A DNA stretch of 64,000 nucleotides from Lepidodermella squamata (lineage: Eukaryota; Animalia; Gastrotricha), in contig JBLDXI010000013.1 in NCBI GenBank assembly GCA_047495785.1, forward strand, positions 310,001 to 374,000, in the 5' to 3' direction. The position numbers and the translations under genes were made by a program. The notes beneath the pieces were generated by a model. It worked only from the letters and a program-made list of their open reading frames with translations. It searched no databases and was not told the DNA's origin. This document shows, one piece after another, positions 49,081 through 60,021 of the stretch (the stretch's first letter is position 1; each line of letters opens with the position of its first letter).

Positions 49081-50119
49081 AAGTTATCTTTGAATTGATA
49101 GTAACACCGGTCTTTCACTGTATTGACAACTTGAAGGTCCACACCATTGATGCATCTGCTTCACATCTACATCCCATCTAACTATAATCTACATCCAACC
49201 TGGATGCATCCTAATTTTTCTTTGGAATTCTATTTGCCAAATAGTTCTAAAAATGCTTATAAACTGCAAACCCTCAAGATCCTCGGTACTCGGAAGCCTC
49301 GTTCTAAATGGGTGAGTTCTCATGCTAAATTAGTATTTCGAGACGAATCCAGCCGTGCAACTAGTTACTCATCTCATTGCATCGCTTTAAGGGTGGCGTT
49401 AAGACATGTCAATCATTCAGACACAGTTGATGGCTGAGCGAACGTTTTGATGGCTCGACTGCGTTGCCGACTGCATCTCTCTAAGATACGCGGCAAAAGT
49501 CGGTTCGACTACCAAGTATTAGAATGGCTGAACCCACGGCTCCAGATCGATGCTCGGAATCGCCAGGCCTCTTCATTGAGGTCAATGAACTTTTGCGCGC
49601 AACCTGAAAAATGATGACCGTCAACCGTCAATCAAAATCTAGGCTAACGCACTCGCCACGGTTGAATTCGTCTCTGCGGCAAAGTTTAAAAAAATGAAGG
49701 TCATATAATTTCAAAATTTGCTCAATATACTAATTTGCTAATGATTTATTTATTATTAGAGATATTTATATATCCTTGAAGAAAACGCACGTGCTTTATT
49801 TAACCAAGCCCGACTTGCATGCTTCCTGAGATGTTATAACTCCTCAGAATCTTTAGCCTGAACATCAGTTATCTCAATGCTGATAATACTTCCTCTCTAA
49901 TCCACTGCGCTGCAGTAAACCGTAATTCTGTCGTCAATGGTCTACCAACCGGCGTCCTTCGATTAAACAGGTTAGTCTTTTTTACTATATTTGCCGTATT
50001 GTATATGGCGGGTGTGATCAAAATGTTGACCAGGAGCTGCCTTCTGGTTGCTAACTTGGGAAGTTGGTTTGACCGTTGTGCAAGTTCACGTCTAGTTTTT
50101 TTCACACCCACTTATCAAT

Positions 50120-50168
50120 TTGATGAGCTAGTTCCGAACCTGTAATTTGATGAGTTATTCCTAACTGA
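50120..50168 (+). ncRNA. Candidate minimal box C/D snoRNA (intron 1)
   Basis: C TTGATGA, C' TTGATGA, D CTGA ending 71 nt before the acceptor. TTATTCCTA could pair with 18S UAGGAAUAA and AGTTCCGAA with 18S UUCGGAACU. It is unusually short. Confidence 0.5.
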
Positions 50169-50357
50169 TTCATTAAATTCATTTCATTTGTTACACAGTC
50201 ACTTGCCAGCTCTTTAAATGTATTTGTATTATCATTCAGATGCAGTTGCCGATTACTACCTCTCTGGCAATTTTCGGATTGATTGTTGCAGATTACTACT
50301 TTGCCTTACTGAATACTCATTAAGTAAGTATCAATGTGGATCCAGTGATTATCTTTC

Positions 50358-50419
50358 ATGATGATTTGCTTTGGTCCGTGTTTCTGATCAAGTGACGCTA
50401 GTCCGGCATTAATCTCTGA
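50358..50419 (+). ncRNA. SNORD18: Box C/D snoRNA, U18/SNORD18-like (28S Am649 yeast / Am1326 human equivalent)
   Basis: C ATGATGA, guide TTGGTCCGTGTTT plus D' CTGA complementary to conserved 28S AAACACGGACCAA, D CTGA 50416-19. Confidence 0.88.
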
Positions 50420-50571
50420 TACTTTTTATTCTCTATGTTCCCCGCTATCACATGTTTTTCCATCCGCGTAACTTCAGTTTTTTTCAGATGCCAATTCGGA
50501 AAGCATTCGACGTATCTGCATACATCGCCTTGTTTCGGTATGTCTAGTTTCCTGTCCGCCTGATTCGTCAA

Positions 50572-50627
50572 ATGATGTTTTCCGTGTTTCAACTGATCCT
50601 CTGCGATGTTAACCTACCTTTGCCTGA
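50572..50627 (+). ncRNA. Box C/D snoRNA targeting the second A of 28S UUGAAACACGGA
   Basis: C-like ATGATGT, guide TCCGTGTTTCAA plus D' CTGA, D CTGA 50624-27, terminal stem GTCA/TGAC. Confidence 0.75.
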
Positions 50628-50786
50628 TGACATTTTACAAAAATTTCCAACCCGAGTTGTAATTTTAGGACGGGCTTATACAAGTTTTCTGTATTTGCAG
50701 GTTGCCGTTTGCGCTCTCTAAACATTTGCATCGTCTAGTGATTAATGGTGAGTGATAGAATCATGAAATGCTTCATTAGTTATTTG

Positions 50787-50848
50787 ATGATGACCCCTTC
50801 TGGCTAGAGTTATGAATCTCTTTTGATATCACCCGTACCTCCTTCTGA
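50787..50848 (+). ncRNA. Box C/D snoRNA, target not identified
   Basis: C ATGATGA, D CTGA ending 68 nt before the acceptor. Same size and position as the neighbouring snoRNAs. Confidence 0.65.
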
Positions 50849-51010
50849 CTTGAGTGCAATCTTTGCAATTTTAATTGCGCATTGCAGAATTTGACTGATT
50901 TCTGTCTTCTTTCCAGGTCCGATCCTTCATGCTTTCATGCTGCTTCGCTCAATTTCTGCTGCTACCGTGGTAAGTAAACGTTGATTTTCCGTCTCATCTA
51001 AATTCTCTTA

Positions 51011-51073
51011 GTGATGATTATGGTTCCGTGTTTCATCAGATCTCAGTGACGATAGTTCCATGCACCACGCTGA
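51011..51073 (+). ncRNA. Dual-guide box C/D snoRNA (28S UGAAACACGGA and 18S Gm1271 yeast / Gm1328 human)
   Basis: C GTGATGA, TCCGTGTTTCA(T) plus D' CAGA, C' GTGACGA, CCATGCACCAC(G) plus D CTGA complementary to 18S GUGGUGCAUGG. Confidence 0.85.
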
Positions 51074-51219
51074 ATTAGGCTTATCTAATTATACTCTCAT
51101 TTGAGACATTTCATGCCCTAACTTGCTTGTTTTCTTTCAGACTGAAGACCCGGCGACGTCTTATTCGGAATGCAGCGATTGAGGTGAGCAAGGAACATTT
51201 TTAATTCATGCTACTTTGC

Positions 51220-51281
51220 GTGATGATTTGCTGGTCCGTGTTTCTGAGTGTTCATTGACGTTAACAAGGCATTTTCTCTGA
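51220..51281 (+). ncRNA. SNORD18: Box C/D snoRNA, U18/SNORD18-like, copy 2
   Basis: C GTGATGA, TGGTCCGTGTTT plus D' CTGA, D CTGA 51278-81. Confidence 0.88.
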
Positions 51282-51444
51282 CTTGATTTCATGTCTTATC
51301 TTCATTTTTTATTCATCTCTCGAAATGTCTAAGTCTTTGATTAATTACAGGTGATGTCTTCGATTACTGCTGTACGACACTCGATTCAACGAAATTTTAA
51401 GCAAGGTGAGTATGCCACTTCTTGCTTTTGATGATTTCCTAATC

Positions 51445-51504
51445 ATGATGATTATGGTATTTTGTCCGACTAATGTTTGACGACGCATCCATGCACCACT
51501 CTGA
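51445..51504 (+). ncRNA. Box C/D snoRNA with a snR40/U32-type guide (18S Gm1271 yeast / Gm1328 human)
   Basis: C ATGATGA, D'-like CCGA, C' TTGACGA, CCATGCACCAC(T) plus D CTGA. Confidence 0.85.
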
Positions 51505-51663
51505 CTTCCTTTCTACTTTGAAATGGAATTCGTTAAGATTTCAGAATTTTTCAGTAATACCAATTTTCTGTTGCAGATGATCACGCGCTGGTTTACCGAA
51601 AACCGCTACGGCTATATTGCTTAGGTGAGTCACTAATCAATCACTAGTTGAGAAATAACATTC

Positions 51664-51725
51664 ATGATGATTTGCTGGTCCGTGTTTCTGAGTTATCATT
51701 GACGTTATCAATGCATTCAACCTGA
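51664..51725 (+). ncRNA. SNORD18: Box C/D snoRNA, U18/SNORD18-like, copy 3
   Basis: C ATGATGA, TGGTCCGTGTTT plus D' CTGA, D CTGA 51722-25. Closely similar to 51220-51281. Confidence 0.88.
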
Positions 51726-51964
51726 TTTTTTTTAACATCGAAGAATGAATTTCGAGCACCTTTCTTGTAGTCAATTCTAATCTTTTCTTTTTACTTTTCA
51801 GATTTCGAAGATGGCGAACTATGAAACAACTGGGAATCTCCCGCAATGACAATATTATATTTATTATTTTTGTATTTAAATGTAAAAAGATGAATAAAAT
51901 GTGTTTAGAATATGCATTGTTTTCGCTGGTACCACTTTGAATAGTTGTCTTATGAATAGTAGTT

Positions 51965-53583
51965 ATGGGTAATTTGAAACTTTGCATAGCGTTCGCTGTG
52001 CTGAAGAGCATACTATATCTCTGGCCTCAGCCAGGCTTCATCCACCCCGACGAATTTTTCCAATCAGCCGAAGTCGCCGCAAGTTTGTCTTTGAGAAATG
52101 AAATGCCTGCTAGATCAGTGCTTTGTTACATTTAGAATCAACCTTATCGATCAACCCTAAGCTACCATGGGAGTTCCACGAATCTCTCACAACACCCATC
52201 CGCGCTTCGATTTGGCCCAATCTATTTGTCTGGCCTGGATTCTACCTACTCGACAAGCTTTCGCTACCACTCACGCCATTGATGGCTCTGAGATTTTCAC
52301 GTCTGATCATGTTTCTTACTTCATTTGTGTGCGATTTGGCGTTTTGGAAATTGGCCATGGCAGTTTTTAACAACAGAAGATCAGCATGGCTTGTTATGCC
52401 ATTTTGGATGAGTTCTTATTCGAATTGGGCTCTCATGCCTAGAACTCTCAACAACTCTGCCGAAACTTTTTTCACCGTCATCATGCTGCTGCTCATTTTC
52501 GACAATTTCAAGGTGAACAATTCGAGATTAGGACGGAGCAGTTTCTTATTAGGAGCTGTGGTAACATTCGGATCATTCTTACGTCCGACTTTCCCTATTT
52601 TCGCCGGTGTTCCTCTGTTGTTATGGCTTTTTAAGCTACGGAGAGATGCCTCGGCGCTATTTAAGTGTTTCTCAATGTTCACCCTGTCGGTATTCGCCAC
52701 TTCGTTGGCGTTAATTACCGCTGATTCAGCTTATTATCGGCGGGAAAAATTCGAAAATTTAATCGTGGATTTGCTGAGTGGCGAATCGATGTCGCTCACC
52801 CAATTGAGAGAAGCTGTCATATTCACGCCGCTTAATTTCGTCCTCTATCAGATGGATCAAAGCAATTTGGCGATTCACGGAATTCACCCGAGATTCACGC
52901 ATGCCGTTGCAAATTTGCCGATGCTACTTGGCCCCATTTACCTGATTGTAGGACTGCAAATTCTAGCCTCCTTAATTGGATCTAAAAGCGAAAATTCATG
53001 TGCTTTACTCTCGACTTGTTTCGTCGTTTCGCTGTGTGGAATAAGCACAGCCCCGCACCAAGAGCTGAGATTTCTCATGCCATTAGTTCCCATTTCATTG
53101 CTGATTTTCGGGCATTTTTTCCGGAAGTTGAAGCCAAGTGCTCAAAGTTTCTTGATTTTCGTGCATATCGCATTTAATGTTTCCGTTGGTTCGTTCTACG
53201 GCTTAATCCATCAAGCCCAAGTTGTTCGACTGGCCGATTTCGCCTCATCGCAAAATTCAGGTGGATCGAAATTTATGCTGACTTGTTCTTACACTTTCCC
53301 GAATTTTCTGCTGCCCGGGTCTTTGAAAAATGTAAAAATCGAGGATTATGGTACTATGAGTAAGCGTGAAGCTTTAACGCTGTTCTATAACACGAGCGCC
53401 TACTCTCACTCGAACAGCAACATTTTTGGCGTTGTTCCAATCAGTTATTTATCGGAGACTTCGAAATTTAAACCGATTGCTACGCTTTTCCCAGTTTTCT
53501 CCGGCGAGTGCCTCGAGGACTTATTCCGCCATGGCTTCCCAAACCTTCTTGACATTTTCACTTTTGCTATCGTTCGAATCTGA
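51965..53583 (+). CDS. PIGZ: GPI mannosyltransferase 4 (Smp3-like, glycosyltransferase family 22)
   Basis: Exon 1 carries [15 protein letters not shown]. After the 52083-52135 intron come PWEF...[51 protein letters not shown] and many TM segments. Confidence 0.88.
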
Positions 53584-53655
53584 TCACCAGATACTCATAA
53601 AATAATAAATTTATTGCAATACTTGATTCTATTAGGATTGGTTTTTAATTTAAAT

Positions 53656-55126
53656 ATGATATCATCCTCTTTCGACTTTGCGGTCGGTACCGATAATAAT
53701 ATTGTCAAAGGTTTGCTTTCTTTAAATATTGTTATAGTTATTAAGGAGGATTTTTAACAGGAATTTGCGGAGCTTCGGAAAGTTTCGTAAATGTCACCCC
53801 TCTATCGGATGCCAAGCAGGCTTTAGAAATCACGAGATTAGTCTGGAACGAAGAGTCGGATTGTGTAAGTAACGATTTTTTCGAAAAAACTACGCTGAAA
53901 ACTATTTTTTCAGTTATTTTTCGGTCGGAATGATGGCTCGTTTGGTCGTATGCCATTCAAAACAGCGAAATTCGAAACTGCTAGCGAAAAGTTGGACAGC
54001 TCCATCATCGGGCTTGAATTTATTAGCAAAAAGTTTGCCAGATTTTAAGTCGGTGATATGTTAAAATTCGTTATTTTTCAGAAAGGTTTTACTGTGCACG
54101 AAAGATGGATCGGTGAATATTTATAATCCGGCAAATTCAGAGGCTGAAAAGCTAGATTTCTCACCGGGCCCGAATCTCTTCTCCGCCCGAGCTTTCAAAC
54201 CAACCGCCAGCCGGATATTGATGGCGACGGGCGGGAAGGAGAACGAACTAAAATTATTCGATGTCGCCTCAGAGAAGAAGGAGCCGGTATTCCAAGCGAA
54301 AAACCTCGCAAATGACTGGTTGAGCCTGCAACAACCGATTTGGATCCGCGACGTCGGCTTCATCGACCACGACGCCGAGCAACCGAAACTGGTCACCGTT
54401 ACCGATAACGGTTTTCTCCGGGTCTATGACTCGAAAGTGCAGCGAAGACCAGTCATTAATGCGTCCCTGGTCGACCATCCCCTGGTCAGTGTGGCGGTGT
54501 TCCCGCCGGGCACGTCGCCCGGCCCGGTTCCGTTCATCGCAGCCGGGTCGGCGCAAGGCTGGCTGGGCATCGTCGACCTGCGACTGCCGAAAGCGGCGAT
54601 CGGGAAGCCGTTGCCTGGCAACTGCCAGACAAAACACCGGCTAACAGGCCGTTGTCGCAACGTGACCGGCAGCACGCGATCCATCGCTATTCTGCCGCGT
54701 GATGACGGCGCCCCGCTGCTGGTTTCGGCTGGTCTCGATCGATTCACGCGGGTTTTCGACACGTCGCTACCGAAAAGTGGCCCGATGGCGAAAATTTTCA
54801 CGAAATCGAAACTAACGGCGTTGGCGATAAATCCGAAAATAGACGCTGATAAATTGTTCGAGGCGATGAAACTCATTGATCAAACACCGAAGACGGTGAA
54901 GAGGGCCAAGTACGAGCCGGAAGATGACCCGAACCATCTGCCTGATTTGGTGCTTGGTTCCGATGACGAAGACGAGGACGACGATGAAGATAACGAAGAT
55001 GAAAGTGGATCTGAAGGAGATGACGATGACGACGATGAGGGTTCGGTCGAAGATTGCGGCAGTGTTGACTTGGACGATTTTGAAGAAAAAAATCAACGCG
55101 GGAAACGAAAGTTTGGCAGAAGATGA
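53656..55126 (+). CDS. WDR74: WD-repeat ribosome biogenesis factor WDR74/Nsa1
   Basis: ATGGKENELKLFD, FQAKNLANDWLSLQQPIW, LRVYDSKVQRRPV, SAGLDRFTRVFD, an acidic tail and basic C-terminus. Three short 5' introns. Confidence 0.9.
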
Positions 55127-55235
55127 AATGTTGTTGTTCATCGCTAAATTTTTCAGTCTTTCGCCCCATAATATTGTGCATTGTTGAAAGAATAAAACAA
55201 CCTTGTTTTTTATTCAATCGCTTTTTCATCGTGTA

Positions 55236-56051
55236 CCGTAAGGCGGTCTTACTTCGGACAAAAACGTGTTTTTGGGGCTCAGTTTTTCGAGGTGAACGAA
55301 TTTTTTGACGGGCTTTATGTCAAAAGATGCGCCTTGAAAAACTGCATATTCTAGTATCAACTCCGGTAAGCAAATAATTTTTCCCGTACAGGTATTAAAG
55401 GAAAACTGGTCCGGCTAACTTCGGACACAACTGAGGTAATTTCGGACAGCTCAATGTGAATATTTAGATTGGGGTCAAAGTTCACATTAAAGCGAGATAA
55501 AATTTGTGAGCAGATTTAAGAAAAAACTTGGAAAAAAAACCAAAACGCATGATGAGGGATTCGAACCCTCAATATTGAATTGTGCTCCCAACGCAGCTTA
55601 GTGCTGTTCTCGATAAAATATGGAGTTTAAAAATGTCAAGGTCAATTGACATCTTTTTGAATTTCCCGTAGTTTGAAGCTGTCCGAACTTACCCGGGACA
55701 AAATTTGTTTTCCAAAGTATTTCCTGATCAAAATTTTCGTTAAAAATTGGTTTGAACATGACAGCATTACTAAATCGATGGTGCTCTATCTTTTCCGCTT
55801 CTCGCCAGCAAAAATTACCGACCTGGTGAAAAGTTAGCAATTTTGGGTCGCGGGACATGACTGCCAAGAAGTTGGACTATTCTTCACATACTTATCTGTT
55901 TTCAATGTTTCTGGTGTCATTTGAAAGCCAAGACTCAGGGCTATCTTTTGCAATTTAAACAGTCTCTATATTCACCGGGGTTGAGGAGAAATTCCAGTTC
56001 GAAGTCAAAAGTGTCCGAAGTTACCCTGTCCGAAGTAAGACCGCCTTACGG
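55236..56051. mobile_element. Non-autonomous DNA transposon (TA target duplication, pogo/mariner-like)
   Basis: Perfect 25-bp TIR CCGTAAGGCGGTCTTACTTCGGACA, TA at 55234-35 and 56052-53, internal TTCGGACA repeats. Confidence 0.9.
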
Positions 56052-57807
56052 TAATCTCTCTTAAAAAAATAGAAGCAAATGAAATGACACACAAGCCACA
56101 AAAATATGCCCGACCGGCTAAAGTGAGGTAGTATAAAGACTTTGATTTTCATGTGGCTAGGAGGATGGCGGCGGTTCTTCGATTTGATCCCTTTTTGCGG
56201 TTCATCGGTCGGTTCGCAACAAAAAATGCGTCCACTGGAATCGCTATTCCAACCAGGTGAAGTACGACCCTTATTCAGTATCAAACGTTGAATGGTTTGA
56301 TCAAAAAATTCCAATTATCCGCTGCTGAAACCCCTTTTAAGTACAAATAGTCAAACTATTACTTTAATCCCATTTTAATCGGAAACGGAAACGCTCATTT
56401 TCGGTTTTCTCGCGATTCACGTAAATGACGTTTCTCTGCGCTGGAAGCTCCGTTTAAAACATGGCTTGCGGTGTTTTTCATATCTTACTGGGATACACAG
56501 GGTTATCACTGCTAACAAGCGCAAAAAAATCTGGTACCTTGGTTCTCGGACAATTCGTTTTCTCAGTTATTTTGCGCTTATTCAAATTATTGCGCAATGC
56601 TCAACAGCAAAGTGCAAATTTGTTTCCAGCACGTGACAAATTATTCCCTAATTTTCAACGCCAAAAACGATGGGAATCAAATGTTTCAGCTCGGGTTGCC
56701 TTTTCAGCATGATTTCGCGGTTCGGGAATTCTGGATTAATGAAGCGATCGAACTTTTTTCTTGAAAACTTCAAAAAACTGATAACCGAGAATATCGAAGA
56801 CGATCTGAAATATTTTGCCTTTATTATCTTGCTTTCCGACATCCGGGCACGGTATTGAAAACAACGACGGAAATTAGAAAAAAGAAAGTACAAAGGCGCA
56901 CCTTTGTTTTCCGAACGTGGGCTCAGCGTCGGTAAAAAAAACACAAACATCGCAGCTCAATCATTCTTCGGACAAAGAAACCAGAACAGGACAGGGCAAC
57001 AAACAATCAACAAGTTACTTTTGTTACGAAATTACAAAAATTATCAGAACCTGGACAATCTTACAGAAGACATGCTTTGACACATAATTTTCAGCAAAGC
57101 TCTCGAACAGGCTTGAAACAAGTAACGAATTAGCGATTTAGAAACTGTACATATGTTTTCACTGAAATATGATAGACAATAGATGATGTCGCCGCAATGA
57201 TACATTCACAATAAATTATTCATGAAAATTAAGTTTTACAAAAGAAAGAAAACAATATCATTTCTCTTCTCTTTTCAGCGAAACTAGGATCATTTAAATC
57301 AAATATCTGTCGTATGTCTTGTCGAACAGGCGGAACAAACATCATAACAATCATTTATATCATCTCTATGTACAATACTGAGCGCGACGACAGAATGCAA
57401 TCTATGTATAATAAGGTTTCATTATCATTTATTTCAGGTGAGCAGCAAGCAATATAACGCAGGCAAGTCCTAATTTTGGAGAAGGCGAACTAATTTTTTG
57501 GAGTGGAATCGCAATCGCAGCATAGCATTTCAAAAGTATTTCGATAATCGAGCGCGAAGCTGCCGCAATAAATATTGCTTTGGAAGGTACGGCGCGTAGT
57601 TTCATAGTATAACAGAGGTCTCTGTCGAACCACAGTTAGAACGATTCTTGGAATCATTTCGCAAAAATTAACAAATACAACAAAATTTACGATGATGGTA
57701 TGAAAAAAAAGTAAATTGAACAAAATTTGTCAACAATTTTTGATTGAGAATTCGAGGCTGGAAAAAGAAGAAACGTTGAAAAAGAGATAACAGGCGAGGC
57801 GTGTTCT

Positions 57808-59995
57808 TCACCAATGAGAAGGTGAAGACATAGGCGGGCGATTTTCAGCGTTTTCCGCGTCTTCAACGCTGGCCAAGTGCGAAAATAGCGGCGTGCTTTT
57901 AGCGAAGATGTCCATGCTATCGCATCGTTTCACCAGAGGCGAGGTTGTATTCGCTGCATGAGGCATCGAGTACGACGATAGTTGCCTGCGAACGAGCGGA
58001 TTTCTCCTTGCCACCCTAATAATAATTAAAAAATTAATTAAATTAAAAATAATTGAATTGATTTCAACTAACCGATAATGTCTGTTATTTTCATCGATAG
58101 CAATGGCGTTTTTCGACGACGGCTCTTGCGAGCAAGACAGCCGGCTCGAAGCGTCGGAGGTGGCTGAGCAGCTCGCGGATAGCGGCGAAATCGCAGACTG
58201 GCCGACGCTTTTCACGAGGCGATCTTCAACGGCGCTCATCGTCTTGTACTTTTTCCATTTCCGAAGTTCGGTGTTGTGCTCCTCAGCATGCATCGGCGTG
58301 TAACCGCCGAATGGCTCGAGCAAGTGGCACTGGTTAGTACCGCAGCAGTACTCGTAGAACGCCTTGTAGCCGCCCTGAAGCATGTAAACTTCGGGATAGT
58401 CGAGGCGCGGGTAGTTGTTGCGATTGCGGTGACGATCGAGCTTGCGGAACGCCTTCACCATGTCCGGCGCGCGTTTGCTGCTGAACTCGCAGTGGAAAAT
58501 CAGCAGCGTCCGCTTCGGGTCGCCGTTCTCATCCAACGAGTCGTCGGACGCTTCGTGGTCGTCGAAGAACTGCTTCAACAACGGCTCGGCCTTCGGGTGG
58601 TTGACGGCGCCCTTGATGTGGCCGCCTTCGTGTTCGTACGGGTACCGGCAGTCGATGATGTGGAAATTCTTCACCTTCGACTTGTACTTGCCAGCGAGTA
58701 AATTCGCCAGGACAGAGCACTCGATTAAAACGGTGCTTTCGTGCGGCTTGCAGGGCAGCAAATAAGGCCGCGAGCCGTCGCCGATCATGCAAGTGTCCGG
58801 CGGCGCCTGGTGCGAACTTTCTTCAGCAGTTTTCGTCACGGTGACAGCAGACGAGGAGGACGCGAGAGGCGTGCACGTGGATGGCGCGCTTGTTTGGTGT
58901 TGCAGCGGGGTTGAAAGCACCGAGTACGACTGCGAGTGGGCCAACGAACGTTTTGGTTCCGATACAGCGTTTTCTTTGATACACTCCAGCTGCGATTTCA
59001 GTTTTTTCGCATCACCGAATGGCGAGCCGAACGGCAGCCGGCTGAGGTTTTCGAACGACGACTGGTCCATGCAGTCGGAGGTGGCGACGCGCTTCAGGCT
59101 GTTGGACCGAGGCAGCGAGTTGTTGCGTTGCGTTTCATTCGTCACGGCCGTTGCGAACAGGCTCTGCTTGCCGAGCGACTTGCGGATGAAAGCAGTAGGC
59201 GATGTCGATGACGTTTGCTGCGCCAAGATGCCGCCGCCGCGGACCAGCGCTTGAATGTGTTGCGGCAACGACGGGCTCGGCGAGCAGTGTTTCGGCGTCG
59301 AGCCGCGGCTTCGAGAACGTATCGCGATGACTCGACTCTGCGGTGTGCCAGGGCACGGCGAGGCGTTGAAAGAATCGTGGCTGGCTTCTTGCGACGGCGA
59401 GAGGAGAGCTGAGGGCGAGAACGCGAAATTAGACGACTCGTTGATGACTTCGAGCGGCCGAGACGACGGCGATGACGTGGCCGTGCTTCGCTGGCTGTCG
59501 GACCACGACTGCAGGGACGACGAACCGAACCCAGAGTCGACAGACAGTTCGTTGAATGTCGAAGACCGCCGCCGGCCCCACGCCGCTTCGACTGTCCTTG
59601 ACTGAGACAGGCTATCGTCGAGTCCAGGGCTATTATAAATTTCAGTAATGAAAACGTGACTCAATTCCAGGGCCTTGTGCTTACAATTTTGTTTGCTCAT
59701 CGGCAATCACCAAGGGTGACAAGCGACCGACATTAGCGGTAATGTTGCCTGAAAACATAAAATGGGGTCATTTTATTTTATCAAGGTTGACCTTTGAGAC
59801 TACTTACGTTTATTGTCAGGCCGCCGACTTGGCGTGCAGTGTGGCGGACTGTTCGACAGATCTTCATCGTTTTGGCAATCGCTGATCAGCCTTAATAATT
59901 AGAAACAAACATTATGAATAACGAAAACTCGACTGCCTGGTAAAATAATACCTCAATGGCATACGCGACGAGCGATGTTTAGCTAAAAGCGGCAT
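57808..59995 (-). CDS. CDC25: M-phase inducer phosphatase CDC25/String (proximal-start model)
   Basis: IIDCRYPYEHEGGHIKGAVN, catalytic FHCEFSSKR, YPRLDYPEVYMLQGGYKAF, S/P-rich N-terminus with SVDSG. The 5' exons splice in phase. Confidence 0.93.
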
Positions 59996-60021
59996 TTATC
60001 GCTAGTAATATTTATTGTCTA

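Larger units (their letters stand above)
49889..51910 (+). ncRNA. Non-protein-coding snoRNA host gene (GAS5/UHG-like), about 9 exons
   Basis: TOP-like CTTCCTCTCT at 49889. Donors at 49971, 50324, 50538, 50748, 50970, 51184, 51406, 51625. Acceptors end at 50239, 50487, 50700, 50916, 51140, 51350, 51576, 51801. Exons are 43-84 nt with only tiny ORFs; AATAAA at 51893. Confidence 0.85.

Noticed and set aside
50358-51725. Repeated TGATGA...TCCGTGTTTC units as a CRISPR-like or satellite array
   Set aside because: The context is eukaryotic and the spacing irregular. Each unit sits in a GT-AG intron with C/D boxes and rRNA complementarity, so snoRNAs explain it.
55540-55610. Functional tRNA gene
   Set aside because: Only the T-arm is present; there are no convincing D, anticodon or acceptor stems.
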